Source: Moraxella nasicaprae (GTDB lineage Bacteria; Pseudomonadota; Gammaproteobacteria; Pseudomonadales; Moraxellaceae). Taken from it: a stretch of DNA of 32,000 bases. The stretch lies in NCBI RefSeq assembly GCF_025643275.1, contig NZ_CP089977.1, forward strand, positions 1,320,001 to 1,352,000, read 5' to 3'. Position numbers and translations under genes: made by a program. Below the pieces are notes generated by a model. The model was given only the letters and a program-made list of their open reading frames with translations, did no database searches and had not been told where the DNA came from. This document shows, piece by piece, positions 8,684 to 17,735 of this stretch. Each line of letters starts with the position of its first letter. Positions within the stretch are counted from its first letter, which is position 1.

Positions 8684-10120
8684 TTAGGCATGATGATTGA
8701 TGAAATTTAGTATCACGCCCACTTTATCAAAGCATTCTTGATATTCGCTATCTAGGTCGGATTTGATGGTAATGCCACCACCTGCCCAAATCTGTGCTTG
8801 ATTATTTGATTTTTGTAGGGTGCGAATCAAAACATTCCACACGCCTGACCCATCAAAATTCATGTATCCCATTGTGCCGCAGTATGCCCCTCGTGGGCTG
8901 ACTTCTAATTCATGGATAATCTCGCAGGCTCGCTTTTTGGGCGTGCCCGTGATGGAGCCTGCTGGCAATGAACCTAGCAAAACCTCCAAAGCATGCACTT
9001 CTTTTAACTGAGCAACAACGGTGCTAACCATGTGATGTACATTTTTAAAGCTCTCAATGGCAAAGCGTTTGGGGGTTTTGACCGTGCCGATTTTGGCATA
9101 TTTACCCAAATCATTACGCAATAAATCAACAATCATCAAATTTTCACTGATGTCTTTTTCGCTGGTTGCTAATTCTTGTTTTAGCATATCATCAATGGCG
9201 ACATCGTCATGGCGTGGGCGTGTGCCTTTGATGGGCTTGGTCATCAGATGAATGTTATTATTTTCTTGATAAAATTCAAAAAACAGTTCTGGCGATACTG
9301 ACAAAATCTCAAACAACCGTTCGTGGCGAGCTTGTCGAATCATGTCGGTTTCTTGCCCTTCACCTTTTGATAAACTTGGGGCGAACGGACAATCCTGATT
9401 TAGTTGTAAATACCCTGCAAAAGGGGCATTCATCGTATCTTGCAAAGAGGGTAAAATGCCAGATAGATTATCCAATGTTGCTTGCCATTGTTGAGTCAGA
9501 TTGATTTGATAAGTATCGCCTGCCTTGATGTACTCTTGGGTGTGTTCAAAGGCATTGATGTACTCATGTTTTTGCCAAGCTGCGATGAATTGGGCGGATT
9601 GGGCATTGGGCGGATTTTTTTTGCACAAAACATCAAGCTGATGAATCATCTCATCAAAAAAACTCATCTTAGTATCCACACCGCATAACACAAATCCATC
9701 ATTACTTGGTTTGAGATATAGGTCATAATGCCCCAAATAGGCACATGGTTGATTTGGTTTGATGGCGATATTGGCATTCAGCTGATGAGCGGCTAAATCA
9801 TAGCCGACAAACCCCATCAGACCGTGTGCATAGTCGCCAGTTTCGGTGTTGGTGTTGGCAAAGGTATTGGCATAATCAATGAGTTCATGTTGCCAATCAG
9901 TATAAGTTGATGGATAAGTGTCTGTTTTTTGCTCACGAGTTTGCCTTTGAATATGAAGCGTGTCATCAAATAGGGCAGTCCATGACACCTTTGGACAAAT
10001 GCCAATCACAGGGCGATGGTTATTATTCAAAAAACACACCTGCCAATCAGGGTGATGTGTGGCGATGAGTGCGGTGAGCGTACTTGGGGTGTGAGAGGTG
10101 GTGAAATGATGGGTAAGCAT
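8684..10120 (-). CDS. pabB: Aminodeoxychorismate synthase component I (chorismate-binding enzyme family)
   Basis: C-terminal chorismate-binding signature: SPE.F, KPIKGTRPR, DLLRND, V.HMVS.V, PAGSITG.PK.RA.EII.ELE...RG.YCG..GY, IRT, GGGI...S....EY.E. The ORF-track start at 10171 is a TTG. The first ATG is at 10120 (MLTHHF..), which I prefer. Assignment to PabB rather than TrpE rests on size, the lack of a linked trp context and the family pattern only. Confidence 0.7.
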   Translation of the reverse strand: MLTHHFTTSHTPSTLTALIATHHPDWQVCFLNNNHRPVIGICPKVSWTALFDDTLHIQRQTREQKTDTYPSTYTDWQHELIDYANTFANTNTETGDYAHGLMGFVGYDLAAHQLNANIAIKPNQPCAYLGHYDLYLKPSNDGFVLCGVDTKMSFFDEMIHQLDVLCKKNPPNAQSAQFIAAWQKHEYINAFEHTQEYIKAGDTYQINLTQQWQATLDNLSGILPSLQDTMNAPFAGYLQLNQDCPFAPSLSKGEGQETDMIRQARHERLFEILSVSPELFFEFYQENNNIHLMTKPIKGTRPRHDDVAIDDMLKQELATSEKDISENLMIVDLLRNDLGKYAKIGTVKTPKRFAIESFKNVHHMVSTVVAQLKEVHALEVLLGSLPAGSITGTPKKRACEIIHELEVSPRGAYCGTMGYMNFDGSGVWNVLIRTLQKSNNQAQIWAGGGITIKSDLDSEYQECFDKVGVILNFINHHA

Positions 10121-10247
10121 TGTTAAACGGTCAATAAAAGGCAAATTGTAAAACAAAACACCCAAAAACAAAAGTCCCTTTTAAAACAAACAGCCAAAAA
10201 TCCATCACACACGCCAGTCACATCATCAACCCTCTTATTTATCAAAG

Positions 10248-10271
10248 CAAAGGCGGCATAGACCGCCTTTT
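10248..10271 (-). terminator. Hairpin downstream of the Sel1-repeat gene
   Basis: AAAGGCGG-CATAGA-CCGCCTTT palindrome. On the minus strand it is followed by TTTGCTTTG. Confidence 0.45.
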
Positions 10272-10303
10272 GTAAAACTTATTTTATAAAGCAGATACTA
10301 ACA

Positions 10304-11164
10304 TCAGTAGCCCTGCTGATTTAGCTCCCTATACTTATCACAGCCTTGTTGCAATCCTAAATCACAGGCTTTGCCGTACCATTCTTTGGCTTCTTTTTTA
10401 TTTTGACGCACGCCCCAGCCATTAGCATACAGCACAGCGATGTTATAGGTGGCTTTTGCATCGCCTTGTGCATAGGCTTTTTTATACCATGCCATTGCCT
10501 CGCTATGGCTTTGGTGGACGCCATATCCCTTACCATACATACTGCCCAAATTAGTTTGAGCTTCTGCAAGCCCCTGCTGTGCCGCTTGACGATACCAGCT
10601 CACCGCTTGGGCGTAGTCTTGTTTTACGCCATATCCTTTTTCATACATCACACCCAAATTATTTTGAGCCTCTGCACTCCCTTGTTCAGCCGACTTGCGA
10701 TACCAGCTCACAGCTTGGGCATAGTCTTGTTTTACACCATATCCTTTTTCATACATGATGCCCAAATTATTTTGAGCCTCTGTATGCCCTTGTTCAGCCG
10801 ACTTGCGATACCAACTTACCGCTTGGGGGTGGTCTTGTTTTACACCATCTCCATTGTGATACATATTGCCCAAATTAAATTGAGCATCTGCATGCCCTTG
10901 TTCAGCCGCTTTGCGGTACCAACTGATGGCTTGGGCGTAGTTTTGTTTTACGCCATATCCATTGTCATACATGATGCCCAAATTATATTGAGCATCTGTA
11001 TCGCCCTGCTCTGCCAGTAGTTTAAAGATAGGGAAGGCTTGGGTATAATTTTGCTGTTCATAATATTGTATGGCTGTATCAATATCATCTGCCATTGCAG
11101 GGGCAAAGATGGCTAGACTGCACGCCAAAGTGATGGCGGATAGAGTGCGAGTAAGGTTCATCAT
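10304..11164 (-). CDS. Secreted Sel1-like repeat (SLR/TPR-like) protein
   Basis: 286 aa. Sec signal peptide MMNLTRTLSAITLACSLAIFAPAMA|DD. Six 36-aa SLR units follow, with consensus AQ.NLG.MY..G.GV.QDY.QAV.WYRK.AEQG, plus a degenerate N-terminal unit. A Cys pair lies in the last unit (ACDLGLQQGC). Confidence 0.85.
   Translation of the reverse strand: MMNLTRTLSAITLACSLAIFAPAMADDIDTAIQYYEQQNYTQAFPIFKLLAEQGDTDAQYNLGIMYDNGYGVKQNYAQAISWYRKAAEQGHADAQFNLGNMYHNGDGVKQDHPQAVSWYRKSAEQGHTEAQNNLGIMYEKGYGVKQDYAQAVSWYRKSAEQGSAEAQNNLGVMYEKGYGVKQDYAQAVSWYRQAAQQGLAEAQTNLGSMYGKGYGVHQSHSEAMAWYKKAYAQGDAKATYNIAVLYANGWGVRQNKKEAKEWYGKACDLGLQQGCDKYRELNQQGY
10346..10993 (-). repeat. In-frame tandem array of 108-bp units encoding the SLR repeats
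   Basis: The 108-nt period is visible directly. For example GATACCAGCTCACNGCTTGGGCNTAGTCTTGTTTTACNCCATATCCTTTTTCATACAT...CCCAAATTATTTTGAGCCTCTG...CCCTTGTTCAGCCGACTTGC occurs twice back to back (about 10601-10708 and 10709-10816) with only a handful of mismatches. The outer copies are more diverged. Confidence 0.85.
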
Positions 11165-11395
11165 TGTTTGTCCCTGGTATGTTTATTGGTGTGTCTAGTT
11201 GGTATGCTTAATTCATATCAAATCATACAACCCCTTGTTCGCCTCAGTCATGAGCTTATCGACTTATCGGAAGGGCGGAGTGGTTTTTTGTCATGGCTTG
11301 ACAGACTGATTACGAACAAAAACCTGTGCTGAGTTTTGAATGAAATTGACTGTCGTTAGCACATTTTCCTATTTTTTTGTATATGAACAATGGGC

Positions 11396-11420
11396 AAAGC
11401 CCGTCATGACAACGGGCTTT
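11396..11420 (-). terminator. Hairpin just downstream of fabB
   Basis: AAAGCCCGT-CATGACA-ACGGGCTTT, a perfect 9-bp stem 13 nt past the fabB stop. The U-tract is better on the plus strand (TTTTTC) than on the minus strand (TTTGCCC). Confidence 0.5.
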
Positions 11421-11432
11421 TTCTTGGTTTGT

Positions 11433-12668
11433 TTATGCTACAAATTTTCTGACCACCAAGGCTGCGTTTGTTCCCCCAAAACCAAAGCTATTGCTCATCG
11501 CTGTATCGATGGCGGTATGGCGAGTTTGGGTGACAATGTCAAAAGGTTTTGCTCCTTCGTCCATCTGTGTGATGTTGATGGTTGGGGCGATGAAATTGTT
11601 ATTTAGCATTAGCAAGCAATAAATAAATTCTTGTACGCCAACTGCTCCTAAGCTATGCCCTGTCATTGACTTGGTGGAGCTGATGGCTGGGGTTTTGTCC
11701 GCTCCACCAAAGACTGTGGCAATGGCATTAAGCTCGGTAATGTCGCCTAAGGGTGTTGATGTGCCGTGTGTGTTGATGTAGTCCACGGTGTCTAGCCCTG
11801 CCTGAGCTAGGGCGATTTGCATACAGCGAGTAGCACCCTCGCCACTTGGTGCAACCATCTCTGCACCATCTGATGTCGCTCCATAGCCGACAATCTCTGC
11901 TAAGATGGTTGCTCCACGAGCTTGGGCGGATTCTAGGCTTTCAACCACAACCATACCGCCACCACCTGCAATCACAAAACCATCACGAGTGGTGTCATAG
12001 GGGCGGCTGGCGGTTTCTGGCGTGTCGTTATATTGGGTACTCATCGCACCCATAGCGTCAAACATACAAGACTGAGTCCAATGCTCGCCCTCGCCACCGC
12101 CTGCCAATACCATGTCTGCTTTACCCAGCTGGATAAGCTCCATCGCATGACCAATGCAGTGGCTTGATGTGGCACAAGCTGATGACATGGAGTAGCTGAT
12201 GCCTTTGATTTTTAGACCTGTGGCAAGCGTTGCTGATACTGAGCTTGCCATGACTTTGGGTACTGCCATTGCACCCACGCCACGCAAGCCCTTTTCACGC
12301 ATGGCATCGACAGCGGTAACCACATCAGCAGTTGAAGCACCACCAGAGGCAGCCACCACCGCCACACGAGGATTGTTGGCGACATCTTCGACCGTCAAGC
12401 CAGCATTTTTGATGGCAGAGAGGGCGGAGACATAAGCATAAAGACTGGCATCGCTCATGAAGCGTTTAAGTTTGCGATCAATGCCTGTGGTGTCAAGCTG
12501 GCTTTGGTCAATAGAGCCTGATACTTGTGATTTAAAACCATAATCAGCATAACTTTGATTAAAAGTTAGACCAGATTTGCCAGACATGAGAGCTTCTTTA
12601 ACGACATCAAGTTCGTTACCCAAGCAAGAAACGATGCCAGCACCTGTGATTACCACTCTTTTCATCAT
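11433..12668 (-). CDS. fabB: 3-oxoacyl-ACP synthase I (KAS I)
   Basis: Collinear with E. coli FabB from [14 protein letters not shown] to [15 protein letters not shown]. It includes the active-site block SSACATS.HCIG and the HGTSTP.GD and TGHSLGA.G blocks. The ORF-track start at 12692 is a TTG. The ATGATG at 12668/12665 gives the canonical MKR N-terminus. Confidence 0.9.
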   Translation of the reverse strand: MMKRVVITGAGIVSCLGNELDVVKEALMSGKSGLTFNQSYADYGFKSQVSGSIDQSQLDTTGIDRKLKRFMSDASLYAYVSALSAIKNAGLTVEDVANNPRVAVVAASGGASTADVVTAVDAMREKGLRGVGAMAVPKVMASSVSATLATGLKIKGISYSMSSACATSSHCIGHAMELIQLGKADMVLAGGGEGEHWTQSCMFDAMGAMSTQYNDTPETASRPYDTTRDGFVIAGGGGMVVVESLESAQARGATILAEIVGYGATSDGAEMVAPSGEGATRCMQIALAQAGLDTVDYINTHGTSTPLGDITELNAIATVFGGADKTPAISSTKSMTGHSLGAVGVQEFIYCLLMLNNNFIAPTINITQMDEGAKPFDIVTQTRHTAIDTAMSNSFGFGGTNAALVVRKFVA

Positions 12669-12828
12669 AAGATTTCCATTATTTTGTGTCAAAGTTTACA
12701 CTTGTATTGTAACAAATATTTTATCAAAAGATAAACTTTTTATGCCAAAACGCATAAATTTTTTCATCAGCTTGTTTGTTTGGCTCATCGACTTTGGCGA
12801 ATCTGCCATAGAAATATGTGTGCAATGC

Positions 12829-12857
12829 TTGAAGTTTTACCTATTTCATCTTATAAT
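12829..12857 (+). promoter_or_regulatory. str-operon promoter
   Basis: -35 TTGAAG (12829-12834), 17-nt spacer, -10 TATAAT (12852-12857), about 100 nt upstream of rpsL. Confidence 0.6.
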
Positions 12858-12958
12858 ATACTGCCCGATAAAGGGTATATGCGTTATTATTTGGCTTATA
12901 TTGTGTTAAGCCATTGATGAATAACGATTTTTTAACAACAACGGGAGAGAATTGCCCT

Positions 12959-13333
12959 ATGGCAACTACAAACCAGCTAATCCGCAAGGGTCGCAAAACC
13001 ATCAAGGAAAAATCAAAAGTTCCTGCGTTGCAAGCGTGCCCACAGCGTCGTGGCGTGTGTACTCGTGTTTACACCACCACACCAAAAAAACCTAACTCAG
13101 CAATGCGTAAAGTATGTCGTGTACGCCTAACTTCTGGTTATGAAGTTTCTAGCTACATCGGCGGTGAAGGTCACAACCTTCAAGAGCATAGCGTTGTACT
13201 AATCCGTGGCGGTCGTGTTAAAGACTTGCCAGGTGTTCGTTATCACACCGTTCGTGGTGCACTTGACTGTGCGGGCGTTAAAGACCGTAAGCAAGGCCGT
13301 TCTAAGTACGGTGCTAAGCGTCCTAAGGCATAA
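12959..13333 (+). CDS. rpsL: 30S ribosomal protein S12
   Basis: [13 protein letters not shown]...[68 protein letters not shown]. The ATG at 12959 is preceded by GGGAGAG. The ORF-track start at 12914 adds a non-conserved 15-aa extension. Confidence 0.97.
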   Translation: MATTNQLIRKGRKTIKEKSKVPALQACPQRRGVCTRVYTTTPKKPNSAMRKVCRVRLTSGYEVSSYIGGEGHNLQEHSVVLIRGGRVKDLPGVRYHTVRGALDCAGVKDRKQGRSKYGAKRPKA

Positions 13334-13353
13334 GCCTAAGACATTCATAAATT

Positions 13354-13416
13354 TGCATAGATAGGGTTTGGTGTGTCAAACCCAAATATGCAGTAAGGCT
13401 GGTTAGGAAACTAACC
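13354..13416 (+). promoter_or_regulatory. Structured rpsL-rpsG intercistronic RNA (candidate S7 autoregulatory site)
   Basis: There are two hairpins. The first is TGCATA..GGGTTTG-GTGTGT-CAAACCC..TATGCA (13354-13392). The second is GGTTAG-GAAA-CTAACC (13401-13416, GNRA loop). In E. coli, S7 represses translation by binding the S12-S7 intercistronic region. Function here is inferred by position only. Confidence 0.35.
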
Positions 13417-13454
13417 TCCTATACCAGACAATCCTGAAGAATAAGGAATATATT

Positions 13455-13928
13455 ATGCCAAGACGTCGTGTCGTCGCTGCCCGTGAAATCCTACCAGATC
13501 CAAAATTCGGCAGCCAAACCATCGCTAAATTCATCAACCATGTGATGGTCGATGGTAAAAAATCAGTCGCAGAAAAAATTGTTTACGGTGCTTTGGAAGC
13601 AGTTGCTGCCAAAAAAGACATCGCAGACCCTGTGGCTTTCTTTGAAGAAGTGCTAGAAAATGTTCGCCCAACAGTCGAGGTTAAAGCTCGTCGTGTTGGT
13701 GGTGCTACCTACCAAGTACCAATGGAAGTACGCCCATCCCGTCGTACTGCGTTGGCAATGCGTTGGTTGGCAGACGCCGCTTCTAAGCGTTCTGAAAAAT
13801 CAATGGCTCTACGCCTAGCTGGCGAGCTAAATGATGCAGCAGAAGGCAAAGGTGCAGCCATCAAGAAGCGTGATGATGTGCATCGCATGGCGGACGCAAA
13901 CAAAGCGTTCTCTCACTATCGTTTCTAA
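13455..13928 (+). CDS. rpsG: 30S ribosomal protein S7
   Basis: MPRRRV...[10 protein letters not shown]....KF.N..M.DGKKS.AE.IVYGA...V...........F......[30 protein letters not shown]. 157 aa. Confidence 0.97.
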   Translation: MPRRRVVAAREILPDPKFGSQTIAKFINHVMVDGKKSVAEKIVYGALEAVAAKKDIADPVAFFEEVLENVRPTVEVKARRVGGATYQVPMEVRPSRRTALAMRWLADAASKRSEKSMALRLAGELNDAAEGKGAAIKKRDDVHRMADANKAFSHYRF

Positions 13929-14064
13929 GTTGATTTGGTGGGTTGCCACCAAGTTTTAGAAGTGATTTTTGGATTTATCCAAATTAACACACAAAATCTG
14001 CTGATTTGTTCTGATGGACAATCGGCAGATTTACCAAATTTAAAAAATTTTTCTAGGAAAAATT

Positions 14065-16191
14065 ATGGCTCGTACAACTCCGATTAGCCGCTACCGTAAC
14101 ATCGGTATTTCGGCACATATTGACGCAGGTAAGACTACTACTTCCGAGCGTATTTTGTTCTATACAGGTGTTTCTCACAAGATTGGTGAGGTTCACGACG
14201 GTGCTGCCACCATGGACTGGATGGAACAAGAGCAAGAGCGTGGTATTACCATTACTTCTGCTGCGACCACTGCATTCTGGTCTGGTATGGGTAACCAATT
14301 CAAAGAACACCGTATCAATGTGATTGACACCCCAGGCCACGTTGACTTCACCATCGAAGTTGAGCGTTCTATGCGTGTTCTTGATGGTGCGTGTATGGTT
14401 TACTGTGCGGTAGGTGGTGTACAGCCACAATCAGAAACCGTATGGCGTCAAGCAAACAAATATAAAGTGCCACGCCTTGCATTTGTAAACAAAATGGACC
14501 GTACTGGTGCGAACTTCTTCCGTGTGGTTGAGCAAATGAAAACTCGCCTAGGCGGTAACCCAGTGCCAATCGTTATTCCAGTAGGTGCAGAAGATACCTT
14601 TACTGGCGTCATCGATTTGATTGAAATGAAATCAATCATTTGGGATGAGCCATCACAAGGCATGAAGTTTGAGTATGGCGATATTCCTGCTGAGCTTCAA
14701 GAGCTTGCTAATGAATGGCGTAACTACATGGTTGAAGCCGCTGCCGAAAGCTCAGAAGAGTTGATGGACAAATACCTAGAAGAAGGCGACTTGTCAAAAG
14801 AAGACATCGTGGCTGGTCTGCGTGTTCGTACTTTGGCTTGTGAAATTCAACCAATGCTTTGTGGTTCTGCATTCAAGAACAAAGGCGTTCAGCGTATGCT
14901 TGATGCTGTTATCGAGTTCTTGCCAGCACCAAACGATGTTGAGGCAATCAAAGGTATCCTTGACGACAAAGACGAAACCGAAGGTAGCCGTGAAGCTTCT
15001 GATGATGCTCCATTTGCTGCGTTGGCGTTCAAAATCATGAACGACAAATATGTTGGTAACTTGACATTCGTTCGTGTATATTCTGGTGTTGTTAAACAAG
15101 GCGACAGCGTTTATAACCCAGTTAAGATGAAGCGTGAGCGTATCGGTCGTATCGTACAGATGCACGCTAACGAACAAAAAGAAGTTGAAGAAATCCGTGC
15201 AGGCGACATCGCTGCCCTAGTTGGTATGAAAGATGTAACCACAGGTGATACATTGTGTGATAACGACAACATCATCACACTTGAGCGTATGGAGTTCCCA
15301 GAGCCAGTAATTTCTTTGGCAGTTGAACCAAAAACCAAAGCTGACCAAGAAAAAATGTCTGTGGCACTAGGTCGTCTTGCCAAAGAAGACCCTTCATTCC
15401 GTGTTCGCACTGACGAAGAATCAGGTCAAACCATCATCTCTGGTATGGGTGAATTGCACCTTGACATCATCGTTGACCGTATGAAGCGTGAGTTTGGTGT
15501 TGAAGCAAACATCGGTGCACCACAAGTTGCTTATCGTGAGACCATTCGTCAATCTGTTGAAGTGGAAGGCAAGTTTGTTCGTCAAACTGGTGGTCGTGGT
15601 AAATTCGGTCATGTATGGCTACGCCTAGAACCGCTTGACCCAACCGCAGAAGTTGAATACGAATTTGCTGAAGAAATCGTGGGCGGTGTTGTTCCAAAAG
15701 AATACCACGCAGCGGTTGATAAAGGTATTCAAGAGCGTATGAAGAACGGTGTTTTGGCTGGCTATCCAGTTGTTGGCGTTAAAGCAACTCTATACGATGG
15801 TTCTTACCACGATGTTGACTCTGACGAATTGTCATTTAAGATGGCAGGTTCGATGGCGTTCAAAAAAGGCTTCCTACAAGCAAGCCCAGCATTGCTAGAG
15901 CCTATCATGAAGGTAGAAGTTGAAACCCCAGAAGATTACATGGGCGACATCATGGGCGACCTAAACCGTCGTCGTGGTATGGTTCAGGGTATGGACGATT
16001 TGCCTGGCGGTACTAAGTCTATCCGTGCAGAAGTGCCATTGGCTGAAATGTTTGGCTATGCCACTCAAATGCGTTCTATGTCGCAAGGTCGTGCAACTTA
16101 CTCAATGGAGTTTGTGAAATATCAAGAAACTCCGAAGAATGTTGCAGACGAAATCATTAAGAAATTTACTGCTAAGGATGATGACGAGTAA
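14065..16191 (+). CDS. fusA: Translation elongation factor G
   Basis: 708 aa. [70 protein letters not shown] and the full domain II-V pattern. Confidence 0.98.
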   Translation: MARTTPISRYRNIGISAHIDAGKTTTSERILFYTGVSHKIGEVHDGAATMDWMEQEQERGITITSAATTAFWSGMGNQFKEHRINVIDTPGHVDFTIEVERSMRVLDGACMVYCAVGGVQPQSETVWRQANKYKVPRLAFVNKMDRTGANFFRVVEQMKTRLGGNPVPIVIPVGAEDTFTGVIDLIEMKSIIWDEPSQGMKFEYGDIPAELQELANEWRNYMVEAAAESSEELMDKYLEEGDLSKEDIVAGLRVRTLACEIQPMLCGSAFKNKGVQRMLDAVIEFLPAPNDVEAIKGILDDKDETEGSREASDDAPFAALAFKIMNDKYVGNLTFVRVYSGVVKQGDSVYNPVKMKRERIGRIVQMHANEQKEVEEIRAGDIAALVGMKDVTTGDTLCDNDNIITLERMEFPEPVISLAVEPKTKADQEKMSVALGRLAKEDPSFRVRTDEESGQTIISGMGELHLDIIVDRMKREFGVEANIGAPQVAYRETIRQSVEVEGKFVRQTGGRGKFGHVWLRLEPLDPTAEVEYEFAEEIVGGVVPKEYHAAVDKGIQERMKNGVLAGYPVVGVKATLYDGSYHDVDSDELSFKMAGSMAFKKGFLQASPALLEPIMKVEVETPEDYMGDIMGDLNRRRGMVQGMDDLPGGTKSIRAEVPLAEMFGYATQMRSMSQGRATYSMEFVKYQETPKNVADEIIKKFTAKDDDE

Positions 16192-16302
16192 TTCGTTAAG
16201 TCTTTAAATAAACGAGTGATTGCTCCAATGATTGGGGCAATCATCTATTATCAATCACCTTGTGCTGATATTTCATCAAGCACCTAAAACGAGGATCTCA
16301 CT

Positions 16303-17493
16303 ATGGCAAAGGCCAAGTTTGAACGTAACAAGCCACACGTAAACGTTGGCACCATCGGTCACGTTGACCACGGTAAAACCACTCTAACTGCTGCTATCGC
16401 AACCGTTGCTGCTAAGCACCACGGTGGTGAAGCAAAAGACTACGCAGCGATTGACTCAGCTCCTGAAGAAAAAGCTCGTGGTATTACCATTAACACTTCT
16501 CACATCGAATACGACACTGCTAACCGTCACTACGCACACGTAGACTGTCCAGGCCACGCTGACTATGTTAAAAACATGATTACTGGTGCTGCTCAAATGG
16601 ACGGTGCTATCCTAGTTGTTGCTGCAACTGACGGCCCAATGCCACAAACTCGTGAGCACATCCTACTATCTCGTCAGGTTGGCGTACCATACATCATGGT
16701 ATTCATGAACAAGTGTGACCTTGTTGATGACGAAGAGCTACTAGAATTGGTAGAAATGGAAGTTCGTGAACTTCTATCTGACTACGACTTCCCAGGCGAT
16801 GACACCCCAATCATCAAAGGTTCTGCACTACTAGGTCTAAATGGCGACGAAGGTCAGTATGGCGAAAAAGCTATCCTAGAACTACTAGACACCCTAGACA
16901 GCTACATCCCAGAGCCAGAGCGTGACATCGATCGTTCATTCCTAATGCCAATCGAAGACGTATTCTCTATCTCTGGTCGTGGTACTGTTGTAACTGGCCG
17001 TGTAGAATCAGGCATCATCAAAGTTGGTGACGAAATCGAAATCATCGGTATCAAACCAACTGCAAAAACTACCTGTACTGGTGTTGAAATGTTCCGTAAA
17101 CTGCTAGACGAAGGTCGTGCAGGTGAGAACTGTGGTATCCTACTTCGTGGTACTAAGCGTGAAGAAGTTCAGCGCGGTCAAGTACTTGCTAAGCCAGGCT
17201 CAATCACGCCACACACCAAGTTTGACGCAGAAGTATATGTACTATCAAAAGAAGAAGGTGGTCGTCACACGCCATTCCTAAACGGCTATCGCCCACAATT
17301 CTACTTCCGTACTACTGACGTAACTGGTGCCATCACTCTACAAGAAGGCACTGAAATGGTTATGCCAGGCGACAACGTTGAGATGAGCGTTGAGCTTATC
17401 CACCCAATCGCTATGGACAAAGGTCTACGCTTCGCTATCCGTGAAGGCGGCCGTACCGTAGGTGCTGGTGTTGTTGCAACTGTTAAAGACTAA
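16303..17493 (+). CDS. tuf: Translation elongation factor Tu
   Basis: 396 aa. [32 protein letters not shown].., [29 protein letters not shown]. Confidence 0.99.
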   Translation: MAKAKFERNKPHVNVGTIGHVDHGKTTLTAAIATVAAKHHGGEAKDYAAIDSAPEEKARGITINTSHIEYDTANRHYAHVDCPGHADYVKNMITGAAQMDGAILVVAATDGPMPQTREHILLSRQVGVPYIMVFMNKCDLVDDEELLELVEMEVRELLSDYDFPGDDTPIIKGSALLGLNGDEGQYGEKAILELLDTLDSYIPEPERDIDRSFLMPIEDVFSISGRGTVVTGRVESGIIKVGDEIEIIGIKPTAKTTCTGVEMFRKLLDEGRAGENCGILLRGTKREEVQRGQVLAKPGSITPHTKFDAEVYVLSKEEGGRHTPFLNGYRPQFYFRTTDVTGAITLQEGTEMVMPGDNVEMSVELIHPIAMDKGLRFAIREGGRTVGAGVVATVKD

Positions 17494-17518
17494 TCTTTAA
17501 CAAAACAACCAACCTAAA

Positions 17519-17553
17519 CCAAACCCCTGCTTGATGCGGGGGTTTGGTTTTTT
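17519..17553 (+). terminator. Rho-independent terminator of the str/tuf transcript
   Basis: CCAAACCCC (17519-17527) pairs with GGGGTTTGG (17539-17547), followed by TTTTTT (17548-17553). Confidence 0.8.
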
Positions 17554-17653
17554 GTTGGCGATAGCTTGCCAATGTTCTGTATCTAAATAAGGGTCAAACT
17601 TGCAATAGGATATTGTTATGTTGTTGGTTATCATAATCAGCAATTATAGAATT

Positions 17654-17706
17654 TTTTTTAATAATATTAAAAAATTGTTTTCTTTTCTTTGGTTTTTTTG
17701 TATAAT
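17654..17706 (+). promoter_or_regulatory. AT-rich upstream region of the MBOAT gene, with a -10 box and a 21-bp AT palindrome
   Basis: TATAAT at 17701-17706 lies 30 nt before the ATG at 17736. There is no good -35. The perfect palindrome TTTTTTAATA-A-TATTAAAAAA is at 17654-17674. Confidence 0.3.
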
Positions 17707-17735
17707 AAGTGTACTTTTGTAATACTGTACGGACT

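Noticed and set aside
10346-10993. Regular 108-bp repeat array considered as a possible CRISPR or other non-coding repeat locus
   Set aside because: The units are contiguous with no unique spacers. The period is a multiple of 3 and the units sit in frame within a coherent protein. No cas genes are nearby.
10403-11020. 205-aa plus-strand ORF antisense to the Sel1-repeat gene
   Set aside because: It is a mirror artefact of the 108-bp tandem repeat. The minus-strand frame has a signal peptide and the SLR consensus, while the plus-strand product is a low-complexity repeat with no start context.
11250-11270. Tandem 8-mer CTTATCGA CTTATCGG upstream of the Sel1-repeat gene as a possible regulator site
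   Set aside because: There are only two short copies and no palindromic symmetry. I could not place a convincing promoter relative to it, so this is too weak to call.
12577-12909. 110-aa plus-strand ORF spanning the fabB start and the fabB-rpsL intergenic region
   Set aside because: It begins inside fabB on the opposite strand and runs through the AT-rich divergent promoter region, including the str promoter. It has no SD and no protein-like composition.
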